A stretch of 64,000 nt of DNA from an uncultured Omnitrophica bacterium (GTDB taxonomy: Bacteria; Omnitrophota; Gorgyraeia; JACQQV01): contig CAMTXH010000022.1 in the NCBI GenBank assembly GCA_947085655.1, positions 2,556 through 66,555 of the forward strand, given 5' to 3'. The notes beneath the pieces are model-generated. The model saw only the letters and a list, made by a program, of their open reading frames with translations. It searched no databases and had not been told where the DNA came from. A program made the translations under genes and the position numbers. Below, piece after piece: positions 1 through 8,900 of this stretch (within the stretch, counting starts at the first letter, position 1; each line of letters starts with the position of its first letter).

Positions 1-410
1 GCTCCCCGGTTATCCTTCTTTCCCGAGCGGGCCATCGCCTGTTTTTTGTTTTCCGTGGTCAGGACTCCGAAAGCAATCGGGATGCCGGAACGGAGGGCCA
101 CTTCCGAAACCCCCCGCGAAGCGATGGTTGCGACATACTCAAAATGGGGGGTCTCCCCCCGGATGACCGCACCGAGTGCAACAAGGGCATCATACCTTTT
201 TTTGGCCGTCATCCAGAGACAGGCGGCCGGAATCTCCACCGCGCCCGGCACCCAAACCACATCAATCCGCGAATCGGGGACCCTGTGAGAGCGGAGTGCG
301 GCAAGGCACCCCTCCAGCAATCGCCCTGTAATCGTCTCGTGGAACCGGGAAACGACCACACCGACCCGCTTGCCTGTACCCTTCGGTGCCGCTCTCAGAA
401 TTCGGGCCAT
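1..410 (-). CDS. ribH: 6,7-dimethyl-8-ribityllumazine synthase (RibH), partial; the C-terminus runs off the window edge
   Basis: Manual minus-strand translation from the ATG at 410 gives MARILRAAPKGTGKRVGVVVSRFHETITGRLLEG...GAVIRGETPHFEYVA..., typical of lumazine synthase. It lies directly downstream of ribBA. Not in the ORF track because it is truncated. Confidence 0.75.
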   Translation of the reverse strand, partial: MARILRAAPKGTGKRVGVVVSRFHETITGRLLEGCLAALRSHRVPDSRIDVVWVPGAVEIPAACLWMTAKKRYDALVALGAVIRGETPHFEYVATIASRGVSEVALRSGIPIAFGVLTTENKKQAMARSGKKDNRG

Positions 411-412
411 CG

Positions 413-1612
413 CTACATCTCCGCCGTCAGCACATGGCCCAATTTTTCTTTTTTGGCCTTGAGGTATTTCTTGTTGAGAGAAGTGGGGGTGATTTCAATC
501 GGAATCCGGTCCACCACCCGGAGTTTGTACCCTTCGAGTCCCACGATCTTTTTGGGATTATTGGTGAGAAGCCGGATTTCCCGCAGGCCCAAATCCGCCA
601 GAATCTGGGCGCCGATGCCGTAATGGCGGAGGTCCGGCTTAAAGCCGAGCGCCTGATTCGCGTCGACGGTGTCGAGCCCCTTTTCCTGAAGGACGTAGGC
701 GCGGAGTTTATTGATGAGACCGATGCCGCGGCCCTCCTGACGCATGTAAAGAATCACGCCGCGGCCTTCGCTTTGAATCATCCGCATCGACTGCTCCAGC
801 TGCTCGCCGCAGTCGCAACGGCTCGAATGGAAGACATCCCCTGTCAGACACTCCGAATGGACCCGGACGAGGACCGGTCCCTTGGCGATGTTTCCGAGGA
901 CAAGAGCCAGATGGTATTCGCTGTCCACGGTCGATTCGTAAGCATGGAGCCGGAAGTGGCCAAAACGGGTCGGGAGGTCCGCCGCGAGTGTTTTCCGGAC
1001 GAGTTTTTCAAAGCGTCTGCGGTATTCAATCAGATCTTGGATGGTTCCGATTTTGAGACGATGGGTCTTGGCAAATTTCAAGAGTTCCTGCGTCCGGGCA
1101 ATCCCTCCGTCCGGCAATGCCACGCGGCAAATCAAACCGGCCGGAAAAAGGCCCGCCATCCTCGCCAGATCCACGCACGCCTCTGTGTGGCCGGCCCGGA
1201 CCAGCACACCTCCCGGCTTTGCTCCGAGCGGCAGCACCGGTCCTGTCCGCTCGAGTCCCTCCGGAGAGGTCTTCGGATGAATCAATGCCCGAATCGTTCT
1301 GAGATGGTCCTGAAAAGGGACCTTTCGACGAAGCGCTTTTTTTGTCTTTACGGAAACGGTCCAGGCCGCCTCCAACACACTCCGGCTTTTTTCTCTGAGA
1401 GGGATGCCCAATTCCGAAAGACGGTGGGATTCCATCGGCATGCAGAGGGGTCCGCGCCCGTGCGATGTCATAAACTGAAGCGTCTTCCGGGTGACGGAGG
1501 AAGCGGTCGTCACAAAATCTCCCTCGTTCTCCGGCTCACCGTCATCCAAAAGGATGACGATCTGACCCCGCTTCAGCGATTTGAGAATTTCTGGGATAGA
1601 ATGAAAGGGCAT
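413..1612 (-). CDS. ribBA: Bifunctional 3,4-dihydroxy-2-butanone-4-phosphate synthase / GTP cyclohydrolase II
   Basis: 399-aa ORF. The N-terminal DHBP synthase region (RGQIVILLDDGEPENEGDFV) and the C-terminal GTP cyclohydrolase II region (VRVHSECLTGDVFHSSRCDCG) are both present. Confidence 0.9.
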   Translation of the reverse strand: MPFHSIPEILKSLKRGQIVILLDDGEPENEGDFVTTASSVTRKTLQFMTSHGRGPLCMPMESHRLSELGIPLREKSRSVLEAAWTVSVKTKKALRRKVPFQDHLRTIRALIHPKTSPEGLERTGPVLPLGAKPGGVLVRAGHTEACVDLARMAGLFPAGLICRVALPDGGIARTQELLKFAKTHRLKIGTIQDLIEYRRRFEKLVRKTLAADLPTRFGHFRLHAYESTVDSEYHLALVLGNIAKGPVLVRVHSECLTGDVFHSSRCDCGEQLEQSMRMIQSEGRGVILYMRQEGRGIGLINKLRAYVLQEKGLDTVDANQALGFKPDLRHYGIGAQILADLGLREIRLLTNNPKKIVGLEGYKLRVVDRIPIEITPTSLNKKYLKAKKEKLGHVLTAEM

Positions 1613-1895
1613 CGGTTTCCTTTATCCCGCCACCTACAAGGTGGCGGGATATTTTCGGCCTTATGGCCTCAAATAAAAACCCCGATTCTCTTTCGGGGAT
1701 TTGTGAATAGAGTCCACCCTCCTGGGCAGACCCCTTCTTTTCTCTCTTCTTGCACCCCGCACCCTTCGCTTGCCCTGAACCTGAACAAAGCAAATGGTTC
1801 AGGGCTACGCTCAGCTGCGGGGGTCGCGGGCTTGTCCGCCTTTGGCGGGCTTACCGCCGATGGGGAATTCCACCCACCCCCGAAGAGAAATTCTC
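1613..1895 (-). promoter_or_regulatory. FMN riboswitch (RFN element) in the ribBA 5' leader; aptamer ~1738-1895, expression-platform hairpin 1624-1650
   Basis: The minus-strand transcript reads CTCTTCGGGGGTGGGTGGAATTCCCCATCGGCGGTAAGCCCGCCAAAGGCGGACAAGCCCGCGACCCC...GGTTCAGGGCAAGCGAAGGGTGCGGGGTGCAAGAAGAGAG. This matches the conserved RFN core (CTTCGGGGcAGGGTGaAATTCCCgACCGGCGGTA ... AGCCCGCGA ... GGATGGGAGAAGG) with a closing P1 CTCTTC/GAAGAG. A perfect hairpin CCCGCCACC-ttgtag-GGTGGCGGG follows, just before the RBS and ATG. Confidence 0.65.
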
Positions 1896-2022
1896 TTTCA
1901 TCATAGGTCAAATAGGGGAAATTGTCAAGGGGCTCTCCCGTAGCTCACCAAATTTACTGTAACTCTTTTTTTATTAAAGCCTTATATTAATACCATAACC
2001 TCAAAGAAATGGGGGTCTTACC

Positions 2023-2051
2023 TTGACTTTGCAGAGGGGGTATGGTATACT
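2023..2051 (+). promoter_or_regulatory. Sigma-70-type promoter (TTGACT - 17 nt - TATACT)
   Basis: Near-consensus -35 TTGACT (2023-2028), a 17-nt spacer, and -10 TATACT (2046-2051). It is positioned to drive the riboswitch-pilin transcript. Confidence 0.5.
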
Positions 2052-2068
2052 TTCACTGAAGGCGAAAA

Positions 2069-2160
2069 AGGCACACTCGGGGAAACCCGAGGTCGCAAAG
2101 CCACGGGTCTACAAATACGGTGCGATAACACCGTTTTCACGATCGCCAGGCTACCGACCT
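2069..2160 (+). promoter_or_regulatory. Candidate c-di-GMP-I (GEMM) riboswitch aptamer
   Basis: GGCACACUCGGGGAAACCCGAG-GUCGCAAAGCCACGGGUCU...ACGGUGCGAUAACACCGU...GCCAGGCUACCGA resembles the GEMM consensus (GGCAAAC, P2 hairpin with GAAA tetraloop, GGACGCAAAGCC junction, P3 hairpin, GCGGGGUUACCGA). There is a GNRA-capped P2, and P3 has a receptor-like internal loop. Confidence 0.6.
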
Positions 2161-2175
2161 CAATGGAATTTTCAA

Positions 2176-2212
2176 GCTGTCTCTCGTGTTGGTAGCGTGA
2201 GGCAGCTTTTTT
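2176..2212 (+). terminator. Intrinsic terminator / riboswitch expression platform upstream of the pilin-like gene
   Basis: Hairpin GCTGTCTC(2176-2183)...GAGGCAGC(2199-2206) with one G-U pair, followed by TTTTTT (2207-2212). It sits ~37 nt before the ATG at 2249. Confidence 0.6.
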
Positions 2213-2248
2213 ATTTGCACCCAAAGAAAAGAGATTTAAAAAGAAAAA

Positions 2249-3667
2249 ATGAGAACCCTTTTAAAGAAAAACGGCTGGGGTCTTATCGAGATGCTGACGG
2301 CGGTCGCCCTGATTGCCCTATTGGTTGTGTTGTCTCTTCCGGTTCTCTCCAGGGTGATGGCGAATATGAGAGATCAAAGCGCCATTGCCTCCCTCTGGGC
2401 CATCCTTGAGGCACAGAAAAGCTACCGGGATGCCCAGACCCCGACGACTTATGCGAATACCATAGGAGATCTTGTAAATGACGAGTATCTTTCGGGAAAA
2501 TTTCTCAACGATTCTTCCTATGAGTACCGGCTTTCTGCCACATCGAACACCTTCACAGCAGAGGTGGTTCGGGATGGAATCATCCTTGCCTCAATCAGCC
2601 ACATTGGAAACCTCACGTATGGAGGAGGGGGCGCAGAGGACGGAGGCAGTGGAGGTGGCGACGGCGGGGGAGGGAGGGGAGGGGGGGAGCAAATCTCTTG
2701 TCCCTATCTTTACATCTGGAACGGCTTTGCCTTTGTCAAAGAAAATGACCTGAATCCTGGAGGAGACATCGAGAGAGGGTTGGGAGAATATACCGATTTT
2801 TATCTCCTCATGAAAAAGGTTGTCCCTCAAAGGAACCAATATCTTTTCCAAATCAGGGAAGAAGTGGAGGAGATCAGCTGGATCAACGCGGTCAGACTTG
2901 TTTCCATCGACCACCCCCGCTCGGTCCAGGTGGCTCCAAGCCCTGAAGGTGTGATTTGGACTTATCGGGAAAAAGATCTTCAAAAGCCCCTCTCGGTCTA
3001 CACGGACAAGGGAGAAGATGCGGCGCCTCTTCTCAGCGATGTGGGAAAGCGTTTCTATCATGGCCGGGCCGGGAACTACCTGATAGTGAACTTTGGGGAA
3101 GTCAGGGATCTTGAAAACGGCGTCAGACTCATTATGAGCGCCGATCCCATGATGATACCGGAAAAGAGCATCCATCTCTTCGCCTGGGTGGAGGAAAGAC
3201 GGTGGATTCCTGTCGCCCAAATTCATCCTCATGAGAAATGGGACCGGTGGGCAGTAGACCTGACAGAGATTGCGAGGAAAAGAAAGGGGCAGGCGCTTCT
3301 CTTGAAATTCGCTCTGACAGACGAGCATCGAATCGACTTTGCCATGCTCGACACTTCCCCTCAAGCGGAGGTTTTCGTCCGGGAGGTCCCTCCGCTCACC
3401 ATGCACCATTCGCGGAGAGGAGATGTCTCGGAGGCGTTGAAAAAGACAGACCAGGAAGTCACGGAATTGGTGAAAGAGGACACCCTGACCTTGACATTCA
3501 AGCGGACCCCTCTCCAAGGAGAGGCGAGAGACTTCCTTTTTGTCTCCACAGCCAGTTACAAGCCCCTCCCTCCTTCCCTGGGAGGTCTCCCCCAGAGGGA
3601 AAAGGAATTTCTTCTCTTTGATGCCGTGCGACGGTTCTTTTCACAAAAGGGAGAACAGCCCCTTTAA
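2249..3667 (+). CDS. Type IV pilin-like / pseudopilin-like protein with a Gly-rich linker and a large (~300 aa) C-terminal domain of unknown function
   Basis: N-terminus MRTLLKKNG|WGLIEMLTAVALIALLVV looks like a class III (prepilin) signal: Gly then cleavage, Glu at +5, hydrophobic helix. A Gly/Asp low-complexity linker (GGGGAEDGGSGGGDGGGGRGGGE) is followed by a long C-terminal domain with no motif I recognise. Confidence 0.7.
   Translation: MRTLLKKNGWGLIEMLTAVALIALLVVLSLPVLSRVMANMRDQSAIASLWAILEAQKSYRDAQTPTTYANTIGDLVNDEYLSGKFLNDSSYEYRLSATSNTFTAEVVRDGIILASISHIGNLTYGGGGAEDGGSGGGDGGGGRGGGEQISCPYLYIWNGFAFVKENDLNPGGDIERGLGEYTDFYLLMKKVVPQRNQYLFQIREEVEEISWINAVRLVSIDHPRSVQVAPSPEGVIWTYREKDLQKPLSVYTDKGEDAAPLLSDVGKRFYHGRAGNYLIVNFGEVRDLENGVRLIMSADPMMIPEKSIHLFAWVEERRWIPVAQIHPHEKWDRWAVDLTEIARKRKGQALLLKFALTDEHRIDFAMLDTSPQAEVFVREVPPLTMHHSRRGDVSEALKKTDQEVTELVKEDTLTLTFKRTPLQGEARDFLFVSTASYKPLPPSLGGLPQREKEFLLFDAVRRFFSQKGEQPL
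2336..2461. repeat. 126-bp block identical at nucleotide level to 3770-3895 (copy 1, inside pilin-like gene 1)
   Basis: Direct comparison of the two stretches shows a perfect 126/126 match. Flanking sequence diverges on both sides. Confidence 0.9.
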
Positions 3668-3679
3668 GGCGCGTGAAAC

Positions 3680-4153
3680 ATGAAAGCGATCCTGAAACAA
3701 AATAAGGGAAAAAGTCTCGTCGAACTCTCAACGACGGTTGCCGTCATCGCCCTTTTGGTTGTTTTTTCCCTTCCGGTTCTCTCCAGGGTGATGGCGAATA
3801 TGAGAGATCAAAGCGCCATTGCCTCCCTCTGGGCCATCCTTGAGGCACAGAAAAGCTACCGGGATGCCCAGACCCCGACGACTTATGCGAATACCCTGGA
3901 AGACCTGATCGCCCAGGGATATCTGGACCGTCTCCCGAGTGACTATCGATATGTTCTCACCGCAACGGCCGATGCCTTCACTATCGAACTCTTAAGGGCA
4001 GGAGATACCCTGGCCACCATTGACCATAACGGGAATTTCTTCACGGGTGATGGGGGTGATGGGGGTGATGGGGGCGGTGGGGGTGATGGGGGTGATGGGG
4101 GCGGTGGGGAGATAAGCCTTGGGCATGAGCCTCCTATACAACCAAATCCATGA
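3680..4153 (+). CDS. Type IV pilin-like protein, short paralog of the upstream gene, ending in a GDG-repeat tail
   Basis: N-terminus MKAILKQNKG|KSLVELSTTVAVIALLVV has the prepilin-like Gly and Glu+5. Residues LPVLSRVMANMRDQSAIASLWAILEAQKSYRDAQTPTTYANT are identical to the upstream paralog. The C-terminus is GDGGDGGDGGGGGDGGDGGGGE. Confidence 0.7.
   Translation: MKAILKQNKGKSLVELSTTVAVIALLVVFSLPVLSRVMANMRDQSAIASLWAILEAQKSYRDAQTPTTYANTLEDLIAQGYLDRLPSDYRYVLTATADAFTIELLRAGDTLATIDHNGNFFTGDGGDGGDGGGGGDGGDGGGGEISLGHEPPIQPNP
3770..3895. repeat. 126-bp block identical to 2336-2461 (copy 2, inside pilin-like gene 2)
   Basis: Same as above. Confidence 0.9.
4046..4108. repeat. In-frame 9-bp tandem repeat (GGTGATGGG / GGCGGTGGG), 7 units, encoding Gly-Asp-Gly repeats
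   Basis: ggtgatggg x3, ggcggtggg, ggtgatggg x2, ggcggtggg. This is a slippage-prone simple sequence inside the CDS. Confidence 0.85.
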
Positions 4154-4192
4154 GATTGAGTTCAGTGCCTTCTCCTTTCTTTAGATCGATTC

Positions 4193-4221
4193 TTGAAAGT
4201 CCTTCCAAATTGTGCTATCCT
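4193..4221 (+). promoter_or_regulatory. Putative sigma-70 promoter (TTGAAA - 17 nt - TATCCT) for the GGDEF gene
   Basis: Sequence match only. The ATG at 4237 would give a very short leader. Confidence 0.4.
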
Positions 4222-4236
4222 CATCCCTGATCTTTC

Positions 4237-5967
4237 ATGCTCACTCTTTTCAAGCGTCCCAGCGTAAGATCCGTTTCCCTGATTGCCCTGGGAATCCTTC
4301 TGGTTTACGTCTTCTCCATCCGTCCGCTCACTCCTTTTGAAGCCCTCCAGTTCAGGATGCACGATTTCTTCTTTGTGAGCGCCCTAAAGGCGAAGCGTCC
4401 CCCTCCGGAACTGGATCAGATTGTTCTCGTGGCCCTGGATGACGAATCCTACACCAAGGTGAACGAACGCTGGCCCTGGGATCGCGCCGTCTACGCAGAA
4501 CTGGTCGAAAAACTTTCCCGTCAGAATCCGCGGTTGATCCTTTTGGATGTCGCTTTTGGGGGAGAACAGAACCCGGAAAGTGACACCCGCCTTGCCGCCG
4601 CCCTGGAAAAGGCGGGAAACGTCTTCATCGCTTATTATCTGGGGGATAATGGCAGACCGGTCTATCCTTTGGGGCGTTTTCGAAAAGCAAGTCTCGGCTC
4701 CGGATATGTCAACAAGCCTCTCGATGCCGATTTCAGTATCCGCCAGGCGCAACTCCTCCGCTGGACGGTTGACGGGGAGCTTCTCGACATGGCGCTGGAA
4801 CTAAAGGCCGCCTCCCACCTTTTTAGCGCCACGCCGGTCCCTTCCCGGGAGAAACAGATCATCCAGTTTCAAAAGAAGGAGGGGTCTCCTCCTCCACCTC
4901 TTCGCGGAACGGCTGTTCCGATTCCGGTCAGGAGGGATGGGACGGTCTTTCTGAATTACCAGGCCTCCCGTGAGGACTTTACGACCGTTCCGGCCTGGAA
5001 GGTCCTTGCGGAGGAAGTCCCCGAAGGGACTTTCAAAGACAAAATCGCCCTTTTTGGAATCACCAACCGGCTGATGCATGATATTCACCATTCCCCCCTC
5101 GGTTCCCTTCCGGGGGTCGTGATCTTTGCCAATCTCCTCCTCATGATTTTAAGCGGCGCTTATGTTTTTGAAGCGCCGCTTTGGGTCGACCTTTTCGTCC
5201 TCTCTTTTTTAGGGATGGCGACCGCCTACGCTACCTATCGGCTCACCCCCTGGCGGGGGTTCCTCTTTTTCTTCTACGCCGTCCTCTTCCTCCTCGGTGT
5301 CACCTTTTTCCTTTACCTCAAAAACATCCACTGGGATTTCGCCGGCACCCTCTTTGCAATGGTCTTCTGTTATCTGGGGATCACGTTTTACAAGTACTTT
5401 TGCGTTGTCCTTGAAAATGCGGCGCTCAAGGAGGAGGCCATCACGGACGGCCTCACGCAACTTTACACCTACCGCTATTTTGAATTGCGGCTCCGGAATG
5501 AATTCGAGCGGGCCAGCCGGTACCATGTCCCTCTTTCCCTTGTGTTTGTGGATGTGGACCACTTCAAAAGAATTAATGACACCTACGGACATGAGGAGGG
5601 AAACATCGTCCTCAGGGCAATCGCGGAGCTCCTCAGGAAACATTCCCGGCGGGTGGATCTGGTTGCCCGCTATGGGGGGGAGGAATTTTGCGTGATCCTA
5701 CCGCAGACAGAGCTGGAAGGGGCCGAGCACTATGCAGAGTTTCTCCGGAAAGCGGTTGAGGAAAGCCCCATTTCTCTCCGGGGGGGAGAAACGATCCGTG
5801 TCACCATCAGCTTGGGTGTTTCTTCCTATCCCCGTTTTCCCGTCACCTCAAGCGAGGAATTGGTCAAATTGACCGATCTGGGAGTCTACCAAGCCAAACA
5901 AACAGGCCGGAACCAGGTCTGCGTGGCGGGAAGCTCCTTCCTGAAAACCAAGGCGGAAAAACCTTAG
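4237..5967 (+). CDS. CHASE2 sensor domain-containing diguanylate cyclase (GGDEF)
   Basis: N-terminal signal/TM, then a CHASE2-like periplasmic region (VLVALDDESYTKVNERWPWDRAVYAELVEKL...LLDVAF). Several TM helices follow, then a C-terminal GGDEF domain with an intact RYGGEEF motif. Confidence 0.85.
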   Translation: MLTLFKRPSVRSVSLIALGILLVYVFSIRPLTPFEALQFRMHDFFFVSALKAKRPPPELDQIVLVALDDESYTKVNERWPWDRAVYAELVEKLSRQNPRLILLDVAFGGEQNPESDTRLAAALEKAGNVFIAYYLGDNGRPVYPLGRFRKASLGSGYVNKPLDADFSIRQAQLLRWTVDGELLDMALELKAASHLFSATPVPSREKQIIQFQKKEGSPPPPLRGTAVPIPVRRDGTVFLNYQASREDFTTVPAWKVLAEEVPEGTFKDKIALFGITNRLMHDIHHSPLGSLPGVVIFANLLLMILSGAYVFEAPLWVDLFVLSFLGMATAYATYRLTPWRGFLFFFYAVLFLLGVTFFLYLKNIHWDFAGTLFAMVFCYLGITFYKYFCVVLENAALKEEAITDGLTQLYTYRYFELRLRNEFERASRYHVPLSLVFVDVDHFKRINDTYGHEEGNIVLRAIAELLRKHSRRVDLVARYGGEEFCVILPQTELEGAEHYAEFLRKAVEESPISLRGGETIRVTISLGVSSYPRFPVTSSEELVKLTDLGVYQAKQTGRNQVCVAGSSFLKTKAEKP

Positions 5968-8900
5968 ACGGGTACCGCTTGTCTGGCCGACTCTTCGTCT
6001 TTGAATTTTGCGGAGACGATTTTGGAAACCCCGGTCTTTTCCATGGTGATGCCGTACATGACATCCGCCATGGTAATGGTCCGCTTGTTGTGGGTGACCA
6101 GGATGAACTGGCTCGACTTCAAAAATTCCTGAAGGACCGAGGTGAAACGGGCCACGTTGGAATCATCCAGGGGTGCATCAATCTCATCCAACACACAAAA
6201 AGGACTCGGTCTTTCCTTGAAGACGGCAAATAAAAGGGCGATGACGGTCATGGCCCTTTCCCCTCCCGAAAGGAGCGATACACTCTGGAGTTTCTTTCCG
6301 GGTGGGCAGGCAAGAATCTCGATGCCAGACTCTAAGACATCATTTTCATCCAGAAGGAGGAGTTCCGCTCTCCCGCCGCCGAAGAGGAGCCGGAAGTATT
6401 CCTGGAAGTTGGTCTGGATTTGCCGGAAGGTCGCCAGGAAAAGTTCCCGGGTTACCTTGTTGATTTTCTGAATCGCTTCATGAAGAGAAACTTTTGCTTT
6501 TTCCAGATCTTCCTTCTGCTGTGTGAGGAATTCAAACCGCTTTTTCAGCTCTTCATACTCCTCAATCGCAACCAGATTGACCGGGCCCATTCGCTCGAGT
6601 TTGATCCGAAGTCTCTCAATCTCGGGCTGGGCCGCCTCCGGGTCCACCGGCTCCCCCTCTTCCGATGAGTCGAGTTCCACCTTGTATGAAAGGCGGATCC
6701 GCTCCTCCAAAGACCTCACTTCATACTGGAGGTGCTGCTCTTTCATGGCGATTTCGTGCATCTGGTTGTTGAGCCCGTCCAGTCGGCTCTCCAACTCGGT
6801 GAGGCTGTTTTGGAAGGTGAGTTCCTCCGCAAGTTTTTCCTTCTGCTCCGCCTCCGCCCCTTCCAGCACCTTTTCGAGCTCCTCCGTTTCGATGAGAATC
6901 CCCTTCCCCTCCTCCTCCAGTCTCCGGATTTCCTCTGTCAGTTCCTGAATCCGCTGAATGCTCCTTTTGGTTTCCGCCTCTTTGGCCGCAATCAACGACT
7001 CTTTTTCGTTGAGGGTATTCTCTAAAAAGAGATGCGCCTTTTTCTTCTCTTCATGCCGTTTGGCGGCCGAATCGATGGTGGTCTTCACCTCTGCGATTTG
7101 AACGAGAGCCGTTTCTCGGTCTCTTTTTTTTGCTTCAATCAAACTTTGATGGCGGGTGAGTTCCTCCTGAAGCATCTGCTCTTCTTCTTCCACCTGCTTC
7201 AGCTCTTCCACTAAATTCTTCTCCCTGACTTCTAGATCTTGAAGTTGATCCCTCACCTCCTCCAATTCCAGCAAAACAAGCTTTTCTTCCTCCTGAATCC
7301 GTCTTTCTTCGGTCTGGATTCCTTCTAAGAGGTACTCCTGATTCGAAAGTTCCAGATCCTCTTTATGGCAAAGGTCAATTTTTTCCTGAAGAAGTTTCTC
7401 TTTTTCGGTCTTTTCCCTCTCAAGGGATTTTTCACGGCTGACCGCCTCACCAACTCTTTTCTCAAGCTGGGCAATTTCGTCCCGCAACGCGGCCACTTTT
7501 GCTTCGCGTCCGATAAGCCCTAGTTCCTCCGAGAGGGGACTGCCTCCGCTTAAAACCCCGCTCCGGTAACATTCTCCTTTGGGCGTGACATACGTTCTTC
7601 CCGATTGCGCCAATGGAATATCATCCAGTTTTTCGACGATCATCGCCTCCCCGAGAAGGGTGGAGAGAATCGGTTCAAGGTCGGGGGTGATGCTGATCTT
7701 TTCAAGGGCATTCCCGGTGACGGAACCCTTTCGGAAATGGGAAGCAACCAAAAAGGTGGCCCTCCCGAATCCGCCCGACTCCAGGTACCGGATTCCCTCC
7801 CGCGCGGTCCGGTCATCCGCCACCACAATCGCCTGCACCATCGGACCGAGAAGTTCTTCGATGGCCCGTTCATAGCCGGGAACCGCTTTCACGAGATTCG
7901 CCAGGATGCCGCGGCAGTTCCGGAAGGCCGGATTTTTCTCGGTTTCTTTTAAAAACGCCTTGGTCCCCTGGGAGAAACCTTCGTCGTTTTTTCTCGCCTC
8001 TTCGAGGAGTTCACACCGGGAAACGAGGGCGGCCAGTTTTTGATGTCCCTTCTGAATCTCCTTTCCGAGTTCGTCGTGCATCCGGCAAAGAGTCTCCAGT
8101 GTCTTTCCAAGTGTCTCTTTTTCCTCCTTAAGGACCTTTGACGTTTCCCGAACCTCCTGGGCGGTTCTCTCCGCAGTCTCCCGGCGGACCCGTACCTCGC
8201 CGTGTTCCCTCTCGGTTTCCTCTTTTTCGCGGAGGAGCCGCTGCTGGCGGGATGAGAGGGTGTGGTGTTCCGCCGTAAGCCGGTTCAGGTCATTTTTGAC
8301 CGTGGCATGGGCTTTGGCAATCTCAACGCGGTGAAGTTTCCCTTTGGCAATGGTCTCTTCGCTGCCGGCAACACTCTTTAAAATTTCCTGAAAGGAAAAC
8401 TCAAGGGAAACTAGGGTTGTCTTTTGGGCCTCCATTTCTTTCAGCGTCTCCTCGAAATCCTTTTGGGAGGCCTCCAGGTGCTTTCGGAAATTTTCCAGAT
8501 CCTGTTTGAGTTGATTTTTTTCCAGTTCGAGTCTTTCCCGCGCCGCGCCAAGTTCTTCAATCCGTTCCCGGTGAAGAAGGATCCGATCCGCTCCCTGCCG
8601 GCTCCTGGACAAAAGTTCCATCTTTCTTCCTTGGAGGGTATTCAGGGCCGATTCCGCCTCGGAGAGGTCTTGCCGGAGAGCCCGCAACTTCTCCAGGGAA
8701 TCCTCTTTTTCTTTTGAAAGGGCCTCCGCCTCCTTTTGAAGGGCAGTCTCTTTCTCGGAAAAGGACCGGAGTTCCGCTGTTAAGCGTCCCCGTTCAAGAC
8801 GCGCCACGCCCAACTCAAGGGCTTTTAACTTTTCGAAACCCTCCCGGTACCGCCTCGCTTTCTCCGCCTGCCGCTCCAGGGATCGGATCTGTCTTCCGAG

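Noticed and set aside
386-1906. 506-aa plus-strand ORF
   Set aside because: It runs antisense across ribBA and the FMN riboswitch and its sequence is low complexity. The ribBA reading on the minus strand has clear family motifs.
2023-2409. 128-aa plus-strand ORF starting at the -35 box
   Set aside because: It begins inside the promoter and spans the riboswitch and terminator, and it has no RBS. The region is better explained as a regulatory RNA.
2591-3517. 308-aa minus-strand ORF inside pilin-like gene 1
   Set aside because: It is antisense to a gene that has a convincing prepilin N-terminus and an upstream promoter, riboswitch and terminator. There is no start context.
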